A DNA stretch of 64,000 nt from Lama guanicoe (Eukaryota), in assembly GCA_013239625.1 (NCBI GenBank), contig MU056134.1, forward strand, positions 3,174,477 through 3,238,476. Direction: 5' to 3'. The position numbers were made by a program, and so were the translations under genes. Positions 54,071 through 64,000 of the stretch are shown here, piece after piece. Numbering within the stretch: the stretch's first letter is position 1; the number at the start of each line of letters is the position of its first letter. Under the pieces are notes generated by a model. The model did no database searches. It saw nothing but the letters and a program-made list of their open reading frames with translations, and was not told where the DNA came from.

Positions 54071-56349
54071 GGGTGGCAAAAGCTCCCAAGCCAACTTGGT
54101 AGTAGAGGAATATAGTTTAATTTCTACATTAAATCTTGTTCAAGATGCCTTTTTGCTGCTCCTTTATGGGCCGTTTTTAGTGCATGACTTTTCATGCTGA
54201 CAGGTTCTTTTGCTGTCCTTCATTCGAGAACTTTCTGAACATCCTGGACACTGGCGTTGGTTTGTTCTTGATTGATATCCCGACAGTTCTGAAGGTTCCG
54301 ATGTCCTTGACACCCAGTTTTGTTTTGATCGGTACTCTGGTTCTCCTTGCATGCCCATTCTTGTTAAAGAGATTATAATCTCCAGCTAGCTTTAGCAGCT
54401 CCCGTTCCCACGGTCATAGCTCAGGTATTCAGTCATGCGCAGATGCTGGCTCCCAGGTGCTTTTAAATGAGGACCCTTCCCCATTGGCTACACTGGGTTC
54501 ACGTTAATTTCTTCCCTCACTCAAGAAAGTGATAATCACACAGGCCAAAAAGACAAGTCTGACACATTACAACTAATATAAACACTTGTTTTATAAGACT
54601 GACATTAAGTAACTAGTACAATTATCACAATGTTGCTACCATTAATTAAGGTGTCTCACACCCTCCAGTTTCTCAGAATGCCATGGCCACTCTTTTCTCG
54701 TAGTCTTCCTGTCATGTTCTCTTAAATTCCCTGAGCCGGATCTTAGGCTGCTACTCTTCTGACCTACACTAGTAGTTCTTAATCTTTTCTGAATCTAGAC
54801 GCCTTGGAGGAGGTGAAGAACTCTATGATAGATCCTTTCCCCAGAAAACTATACATTTGTACCACATTTCATATGCAATTTTAAGGGGAGGGGATCCCAC
54901 TGAATCGTTCTTAAAACAAATTTTTAAGCCCATCTTGCTGCTGCTAAACATAGTAATCTTGTGAACAACCCTCCCCGGCACAGTATTCCGATCAGAGATG
55001 TGAGCCTCAGCCCTCCAGTTTTACATCACTGATCTATAGTTGATATCTATTCTCCACCAGCCAAAGATGTTTTACCCAGCTAAGCATTTTTAGGTCTACA
55101 TCCAAAAGCCAGTAAAAAGTTTTATTTCCTAAATATAGTACTGCTCAGGATCCAGATAGCTCCCTCCACCCCAGTCTCCCACTGAGATTCACTGCTTTTG
55201 GGAGACCACTCCCACTGCCGTGTCTAGGCTTCAGATGTTTTCCAGCCACACTTGGCTTTCTCCCCTCAGTGTCAGTCACATTTTCAGCTGCTTATGAAAA
55301 TCTTCACATTGCTTATCCTTCTTCTCCTTCTCTTTGCCCTCACGGCCCTAGCCTAAGCACGTGTATATGTTGGGTTTAGAGTTTAGCATTTTATGAGCAG
55401 ATCTAATCCGCCACATTAAATGATAGGGCATGGTATTAGGAATGAATATAATGTGGTGTATTTACATAGTACTTCATGCACAGTATAAATGTTTTCATAT
55501 ATATTATTTCTTAGTCTTCACCATAGCCCTCAAGGTAGGTAGGACAGTAGGTGAGGAGTTAAGGTCAGGCAGCTAAGTGCTGGCCTGCTAGGATGACACC
55601 AAAGTCTGTTATGTTCCAGGACAGTGCTTTTGCTCATTAAATGAATGCCTCTCTAACCTCTCTGAGCCAGATCCCATTACAGCATTACTTAGAAAAATCA
55701 AAGCCGTTGCTTTCCAAAAGCTTATGGGACACTCTGACATTTTAAAAAATGATGACCCCAAAAACATGGGATATGAATGTCATATTTTTTTAATTATCTT
55801 TCATCTATTTTTCGAGGCAGCGTGCTTTTCTTGCTTTATCAAATGTCTAGCTATATTTTTCAAAATCTTCATACACTTGTACTCAACCATGTTCCACAGA
55901 AAGCCAAGCAGGTTGAACAGTTAGAGCCATTACTTTCTGGGGGCTGATTGTGTTTTTCCTTTCTTTTATATTTATGTAATGAATAATGAATTGTTTTTAT
56001 TGGAAAATCCCATACAACACAGGCAAATGTAAAAGTAATTCTTAACTCACCTCACCCCAAAGACGCAAAACCAACACACTTCTCTCCCCGGGAGTGACAC
56101 TGTTAGTTTGGGATTCTCTTTCCAAGCCTTTCCTTGTGTGATTATGTAGTCGTATGTGTACCAATCACATTCATAGTTTTTTGCTTAAATGTAAGTTATA
56201 TCTCACCATACTTCTTGTTCAGTGATTTGTTCTCTCCCCTTTAAACTCCCAGTATGTTATGGAGATCTTTCTCTGTATTTTGGTCTAGTTCTCCTTTTAG
56301 TGGCTATGCAGTATTCCAGAGCTTGACCATACCATAAAATATTTTATGT

Positions 56350-56828
56350 CAGACAATCCCCGACTTGACTTCCGATGGTTGAATTTACGATTTTTCAACT
56401 TTACGATGGTGTGAAAGCGATATGCATTCAACAGAAACTGTACTTCGAATTTTGAATTCTGATCGTTTCCCAGGCTAGTGGTGTGCCATCTAGTACGCCC
56501 TCGTGATGTGTTGCAGAGGCAGTGAGCTGCAGCTCCCAGTCAGCTTTGCAGTCAGGAGGGTAAACAACCAATACATTTACAACCATCCTGCTTGTCCCTT
56601 TCAGTACAGTATTCAGTACCTTACATGAGACAGTCAACACTATCATAAAATAGGCTTTGCGTTAGATGCTTTTGCCCAACTGTAAGCAAGTGTAAGTGTT
56701 CCAAGCACTTTTAATTAAGGTAGGCTAGGTTCAGCTATGATGTCCAGTAGGTTGAGTGTATTAAAGGCATTTTCAACTTACGATGAGTTTATCAGGACAT
56801 AACGCCACCATAAGTTGAGGAAGATCTG
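56350..56828 (-). mobile_element. Tigger5/MER47-like DNA transposon
   Basis: Terminal inverted repeats cagacaatccccgactt ... aagttgaggaagatctg + TA; ttaaggtaggctaggttcagctatgatg. Confidence 0.75.
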
Positions 56829-57413
56829 TACTCTATTACTGGATATTTAGGGCATTCCTAATGTCTTTTTCACTTGTTACAAACAATACTGTATCCTTGC
56901 AATACAAATTTATACGTCTACCAGCACTGAAAAAAGTGCCTATAATCCTCATGTCTACGTGCACTGGATAGTATCAGTCTTGTAAATATTTACTTACAAA
57001 GCTTTTTATTGGACTTTTTTGTATTTCCATGTATTTCCATTCTATATCCTTTGAATAATTCTTTTGGGACATTTGTCTTTCTTCATAAATTGTAGTATTT
57101 CTTTGTTCTGAATATTAACTCTTACTCTGCTGTACACTGCAGGTATTTTCTTCTACACTGTTACTTGTCTTTTAACTTGTTAATGGCGACTTCTGATGTA
57201 CAATTTTTTGCTTTCTTTTAGTGTACACAAATCTGTCAGCCTTTCTATATATGACATCTGGGTCTTATGTCTTGTTTGGGAAAGCTTTCTCTACCTGTGA
57301 ATTATAAAAATATCATTCAAAATTATCTTCTAATACATTGATAGTGTTGTTTTTTGTGTGCAGCCTTTAATATATCTGGAGTTGATGTTTGTGTTTGGTG
57401 TGTGGCAGGACAT

Positions 57414-57848
57414 TGTATTAGTTTCCTAGGATTGCTGTGACACATTACAACAGGCTGGATGCATTATGACAACAGAAATGTATTTTCTCATAGTGCTGGA
57501 GGCCAGAAGCCTAAAGTCAAGGTGTTGGCAGGACTGACTCCCTTCTGGAGGCTCTGAGGGAGAAACCCTCCCAGGCCCCTCCCCCGGCTCCTGTGGGTCC
57601 CAGCAGTCATTGGCCTTCCTTGGCTTGTGAATTCATCGCTCCAGTCTCTCACTCCATCTTCACTTGGCCTTCTTCTCTGTGCCTTTTCCTTTTCTGTCTC
57701 CTGTAAGGATGTTCTCATTGGATTTAGGGCCTCTCATGATCCCTTATGATTGCACCTCAATCCTTACCTCAATCAAAATCCCCATTTCCAAATAAGGTCA
57801 CGTTCTGAGGTTCTGGGTGGACATGAATCCTGGGGTGACACTTTTCAG
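57414..57848 (-). mobile_element. MLT1A/B-type MaLR LTR
   Basis: tgtattagtttcctagg...ctggaggccagaagcctaaagtcaaggtgttggcagg...tttccaaataaggtcacgttctgagg. Confidence 0.85.
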
Positions 57849-60800
57849 CTAATTTAATTTTTTCCAAAGACTGATAGTTTCTGTCGCTTTCTTCCATTAT
57901 CCTTTTTTCCTCACAAGTATGCTGTGCTGGCCACAAATTAAATTTAGTGGGTCTGGTTCAGGATGCAGTTTTGTTCCATTGATCTGTTTCTTGTTCACTG
58001 TTTCAATTATGATAATGTCTGAGATGTTCTGATATGTTGTAAATTCCTCTTCCCACCCCTACCGGTGTTCTTGATTCAAATATTTCTTGGCTATCCTTGA
58101 ATGTATCCTCTAATTCACACAAGCTTTAGAAAGAGCTTACGGAGTCCATTAAAAACACATTGAGATTTGGATTTGATTGAATTCAGAGATCAAATTGGGG
58201 AAAACTGACATGTTTACAATATTGAATCTTCCCTTTAGGGCCATGCTCGGTTTGTTTAGGCTTTTATGTCTTTCAGTAAAGGTTTGCAGCTTTCTTCATA
58301 AAGGTCTTTTAGGTCTAAAACTAATGATTTATAAATTTTAAAAATACTATATGTTTTCTTTTTCTATTACCTTTTCTAATTGTTATTTGCTGGCTTATAG
58401 AAAAGTCATTTATTTTTGTATGGTTGATCCTGTATCCAGCCACCTCACCTCAACTACTTTATTCTATATTTCAGTAGATTTTCTTAGTTTTTCTCAATAA
58501 ATTACCATACTGTTTGAAAAACAGTGATAGTTATTTCTCTTCCTTTCCAATGTTAAAATCTTCTGTATGCTCTTATATGGGCCAGGACCACAATAGTAGA
58601 TGTTAATCAGCAGCAGATGGAGTGAACAGAATTATTTATAAAACAGAAGAATGAAACATATAAGGACAAACCCATCAAGCCACAGATACTGCATAAGGAA
58701 ACGATGGACTTATAATACACAAAGGAAGGAAAGTGGCAGACGACTGGCAAGTGCTCCCTGTCCTTCATCTTACGCTAATATTATTTAAAACCTTCCAGAT
58801 CCTTCTAAGACCTCTGCTAGGTAGCTCCATCATACTACCTGCAAGGCAAACGTAGTTCAGCCCGGCTCTTCCCTCAGCAGTTCATTCGGTCTTCAGACTG
58901 ACTATTTGTAGTTCTTGAGGTCAGTCACAGACCAATGGTGGCACGCAGCTACTACGTAAGCAGTGCCCGTGTGCTTGGGGTGGAGAGTCTCATCGCTGTA
59001 TGTACTGAAGATTCCTCCCCAAGTTAGACTTGTGAGTCTTCGTACCTAGTCAGCTTTCCCTACGTTGTTCTAAGTTTCTGGCCATTTAGGTTTTCACCCA
59101 CAACCTTGCTGAGGAGTAATTCCCTCCTGGGGTTCAAACTGGCCAGCCATGCACGGCTCAAGACACCACAGACTAAGCTTCACAGGAATGCTTTTCCTTC
59201 ACTCACGTCTTAAGTACCAAGCACCTACGTAATTGTTGTTTACTACACGAGTTCATAGAGCTCAGCCTATAAAAAGAAAAAACTAGATACTGAAAAAGGA
59301 GCTTGGGTTTCTATAGACATTGTGATGCCACTTTAAAGACAAACTGAGTGCTAGGAAGGATGGATCTCTTAATATTTTTAAGGATAAACTTACCAGAAAA
59401 GATGAAGGCCTTGTCTTTGTTTGTGTGCCAAGGTGTGTCTATGAACAAACCTGCTCTCCCCCAGTGAAGAATTCCTTTCAAAACCAGCGAAAAAAAATGA
59501 GGTTTGCAAAAATTTCAACATTGGAAGTACTTATAAGTGAAATATTAATATTCTTAATTTAAAACATGATCTCAATCAAATATATAAGAAGTGCATATAA
59601 AGAAGACTGGGAAGACTTCTACTAAAACCTGTCAGTGACGGCATTATTTGTGATTATTATTTACCACATTGGGCATGTTTTAATTTTTAACATGCAACTT
59701 TTATGATCAGGAAACTAAAAAAAAAAAGAAAAGAAAAGAGAGAAATCATCTGAGCTTAGTAAAGGAGAATGAGCAAAATACATCTTTTATGGAATTACTT
59801 ATGATTCAGGAGACACTGAAAATTGTTGATCTGATAACTTAGGAAGGCAGCTGGATTTGTTCAGTGATTTGCTGGTTCTAACTCATTTCAAAGGTAATTC
59901 CCTTAATGGTTCTACATCCTCAAAACATTCTTTAAGCTTGAGTTTAAGCTCTACTTTTAGTTAGGTGTGGCTATCTGCATACAAGCAAATTTTGGTATTT
60001 ATAACAAAGAAAACACATATGTGAAAGGACTTTGAAGAATACAGAGTTAATACACAAAGGCAGGCACAGTATGATCAGTTCTTTGTGTAAATTATGGTTT
60101 TTATTGACGGGAATCATTATCACTGTGTACAAAAGCAAAGACTTCCCTGTAGTGTGCAGCTGTGGTCACTGTTTGCAGAAGCCATGTGCTTGCTGTGTGA
60201 CTGTGCTTCTTAGACTCACAGTTTGCTTTTGCAGATAGTCCAGGATAAAACTGAGGAAGCTGCCGCCTGGAAGCTGGCTCAGGCCAGGCTGAGGGCATCT
60301 TCAGTCCGACAGATGTTTGTTGAAAAGCTTAACAGCAGGTAACTGCTGTGGGGCTACCAAGAGAAAGAACAATAGTCCCTGACCTCTGCCTTGCCCATAG
60401 TTCACACATATTTTTGAAAAGAGCTCACCTAATTCTCATGGCCACCCTGAGAGGTAGTTCGAGGGTACACAGGGAGGGTAAGTAATTTTCTCCAGGTCAC
60501 ACAGCTTCTCAGCAGCAGAGCCAGAGCAGGTCCTCAGGGACTCTAATCCCGACCCCGGTGCTGGCTGCCATGGCTGCCTCCTGGATAGATGGGCCTCCCT
60601 GCCCAACAGGAGTATACAGTCTGGAGGGGAAACATGAAGGTATCAGTGAAAGGCCATATCGATCAGGTGTTCTTCCTGAGTGCAAAGTGCAGGAGGAAAA
60701 AGAGGAAGGCGACTGACTTCCTCCTGGCCACACTAGGAGTCCTAGGAGCTAGTTGCCTCTTTCAAATGCAGTATGGCCTTGCTGGTGTTAGCCTGAAGGG

Positions 60801-61729
60801 AGTTGTGTTCCATTAAAGGCCATCAGTTTTTAATTTGTTCACCTCCTTTCATCTCTATATCTTCTAGCCCTTTTCCCCTTGTCCACTTGGTGTCATGAAT
60901 TCCAATCTCTGGATCTGTTTCTCTGTGTCTGTTTCCCTGTGTTGAAGGGTGTATCTTGGTCTTTTTATTCCCTGTGACTGTGTTTCAGTCCTTTTCCATT
61001 GATCTTCCTGTGCTAGATCTTTCTTTCCTTGTCTCTTCCCATCACTTCGCTTCTCCCTTTATCCTCCTTGCTGCTCTGTCTCTGCCTCACAGGTCCCTAA
61101 TGCAGAAAGGAAGCACGGTTCTAAACAACATAATTTTTATTTCAGAAGAATTTCATTTTCTCTGTTATGATTTTTAGAGTAGATGAGTGGATGGAGACCA
61201 CCAAGTTCTCTTTCAGTTCTGGAGCTCGATGTGAAGATGTTTCAAGTGTGAATCTCACTTTTTTTCCCCAATAGATGGTTTTTTTCCAGATAGGAAGAAA
61301 ATGTCCTTGCTCCAGGGTAGCATCCCACACATCACATATGTTAATAATATTCACTTGGGTATTCTCAAGCTATTTTACAAGTGAATATGGTATTTTCAAT
61401 TTAAGGCTGGAGAAACCAAGGAGCAGACAGGGGGAGAGTCATGGATTCTATCCCCTAATGGTATCCAGTAGTAGGAGGAGAGACAGAGACTACAAAGCAT
61501 GATGGGGACAAAAAAACCTCAGTGGCAGAAGAAACCATCAAGAAGTCCCACCACAGCGGTTTAACACTGGGAGCTTAATTAATTCCCATACAAGGGCTGA
61601 GATTTGGTTAATGAGTTTTTACATTTAGTAACCCAAACTTCACTCCTGAAACCCACGAAAGCACCACAATCTAAACCTCCTTAAATCCCAACCCTACAGC
61701 ATGAACTAGCCAAAGTCGCCCTGGAATGT

Positions 61730-61910
61730 GACTCAGGAGTCCTGAGTTCTAATTTTGCGACTTGCCACTTCATAGGGTGGCGATTCAATTTACCATTTGC
61801 ACCTAAGTTTCTTCATCTATAAAATGAAAAAACTATATTCACTTACCTCACTGGGTTATTTTGAGAACCAAGTGAGATAGTATATGTTAAAGTGCTTAGA
61901 AAAATGATAA
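61730..61910 (+). mobile_element. MIR
   Basis: cctgagttctaat...agtttcttcatctataaaatga. Confidence 0.6.
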
Positions 61911-62198
61911 AGTTATATATAAATATAAAATGGTGTTAATAATAGCAGCACCAGAGCCCATAAACTCCACCCCACACATTCATATTTGTGAGTAAACAAT
62001 TAGGAAGAGTAGTTATTAATCAGAAACCATGCTGTGAAAAATAATTATATACTCTGTCCTTTCTTATCAAGTTTGAAGGCAGTATAGTCATTAATCACAT
62101 TGACCTTGAAGGCAGAAAGTACTGAATTCAAATCCCACCTCTGCTACCAGCAGTGTGACCTTTGGCAGTATTTTAGCTGCTTTGGCTCTTATTTTGCT

Positions 62199-62242
62199 CA
62201 CACACATACACACACACACACACACACACATACACTCACACA
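62199..62242. repeat. Interrupted (CA)n microsatellite within a MIR (about 62105-62330)
   Basis: Seen directly. Confidence 0.85.
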
Positions 62243-64000
62243 GAGTGAGGATAATAAATTTTTCATGAGGAACCAATGAGATAATGCATGCAAAATGTTG
62301 GATACAGTACCTGGCACGTAGCATTCAAGAAGCATCAACTTTCAAAAGTAGCAAACATTTCTTGAGCACCAGCCGTAAGCTAACCTCGGAAATAAAATGA
62401 AAAGACATCATCCCGTTTCAAAGAAAGGGCGTACAAATAAAAAAGCAGCATTCTCACTACTCAAAGGCAAAGGCAGTTTAGAAAATGAACTTATAAATTT
62501 GCCTGGAGACACAGGTAAATAGAAACCTTGGAGGAGGAAACATTTGACTCAAGATCCCTTGAAAAGCCGAGGCTCATGTTTATGCTTGTTGCCTTTCTGG
62601 TGATTCAACCTAAACATGTTGGTGACTTCATGACACGGTGTTGGAAACTGATTTTACTGGCTGTTTTCTACATGTGAAACATCTGTTGTTTTGTCTTCAT
62701 TTCATAGACTCCTTAAGAGCTGTACAAACGACTTCTTGCATAGGGAACAGACTGATTCCCATCACTTTAAAGTGTTGGCATCCTTGATGCATGTTGCTGA
62801 TGCCTTTAAGGAGAGAAGGCAGGGAGGATTATAACTGCTTGTCACTCTCTGGAAAAGCTGGAGCTGGAGGTGACTGGGATAAACGGGGTAGGGACTAGAA
62901 ATGGGAATGCAGAAGGATTTGTTCTTCCAGAGAGGATGGAAAGTTTACAGGTAGCTGTCCTTTATCCATATGCAAAAATGAATATACAGACAGCTTTTTA
63001 CTGACCAGAAACTCTGCTACCAAACTAAAGTATCTTTCGCATTTCACCAAGAGTGTTAGCAGTGAACTTGGGAGTTAGAGATACTGCCCTGAGTGGAAGA
63101 AATATCAGAGTTTTCTGCTCCCTTAATGTTAACCCAATCCCTCACCTTAACAACATACAGGAAGATGTTTACTCTTTGTCTGCTTCTACACCAGCAACTG
63201 CCATGTTAGAGAAATTTAACTGGCATCTAACAGAAATCATCTGTTTCCTTACAAAAGTCACAGAATCATGAGAATTTAGAGCTGGAAGAACCTCAGAGAG
63301 CTTGTAACTCAGCCTCTTCATTTCACAAACGAGGAAACAGTGGCCCCAGGAAACAGCTGTTTCAAAACTCTCTCATGGGGTTTTGGTCAGCTCTTGCGTG
63401 ATGGTGACTTGATGAAACCCATGTATCTTTCAACTGCAGTAGACACAAATGAATTGTATTCCCTCCACATTTGTAAACTGAGGAAGATACAGACCAAAGT
63501 AAAACTCTGGCCAGTCCCAAGAGAAGCCAGTAATATTACAGTTACTGTATCGGTGCTATGTGATTGGTGCTGAGTGAAAATGACTTGATTCCAATCCATT
63601 CAAGTTCAGGGCATCTGGCCCAAGAATTTTTAAATAAGAATGACGCTGTCAACAACAACAACACAGTCACCAAGACTGGATCGCATCTTGACCCAAAGCC
63701 AAAAGACAGTACCGCAGTACGGCAGTACCACAGAAAAGTCTGCAGCCGTGATATTCCACCTCGATGTGTACTTTGAGGAACTGCTGGATTCTGTAGCAGG
63801 ATTTCATGTTTTTCAGAGCGATGCTCCACTGGAGAAATTCCAGCAGTTGGCAGGACACGGAAAAGCCATCTTTGGCGGGCAGAAAGGCCATTTCCTTAAG
63901 GCTCCCATTTGGAAGCAAGAGTGCTTGGTAGATAAGCCAGGCGGGCAGATAGCCACAAACCCATCCGCCCTCTCCTTCCTTCCCCCCAGAGAGATGCCCA

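Larger units (their letters stand above)
55990..58620 (-). mobile_element. Old L1 (L1M-type) fragments hosting nested Tigger5 and MLT1 elements
   Basis: T-rich reverse L1 motifs, e.g. aattggggaaaactgacatgtttacaatattgaatcttcc and tttttgtatggttgatcctgtatccagc. Confidence 0.7.

Noticed and set aside
50640-64000. Neighbouring gene TLCD3A/FAM57A, expected upstream from recalled human synteny
   Set aside because: No second CpG island or recognisable exon in the window; probably beyond the right edge.

Overview
Mammalian genomic DNA, very probably a camelid (alpaca or camel), judged from many Vic-1-type tRNA-derived SINEs and artiodactyl-type L1 3' ends. The window holds the 5' part of VPS53 (GARP/EARP tethering subunit) on the minus strand: a CpG-island promoter at about 49.9-50.6 kb and coding exons 1-8. 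These give 687 nt (229 codons), every intron is GT-AG, the phases are consistent, and the gene continues off the left edge. Upstream lie about 14 kb of repeat-rich intergenic DNA. Introns are filled with SINEs, L1, L2, MIR, CR1/L3, MaLR/ERV LTRs and DNA transposons, and there are two assembly gaps. None of the supplied ORFs matches the real VPS53 reading frame. I found no convincing new multi-gene system. The most notable observations are: a Gly at the exon 3/4 junction codon where human has Arg; a 23-nt, apparently internally primed L1 insertion with a perfect 16-bp target-site duplication (TSD); a composite antisense ERV LTR ending 72 bp from exon 2; probable SINE/L1 3' transductions; and a speculative divergent spliced plus-strand transcript. 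Repeat family names and the human protein comparison come from recall, not from a database search.
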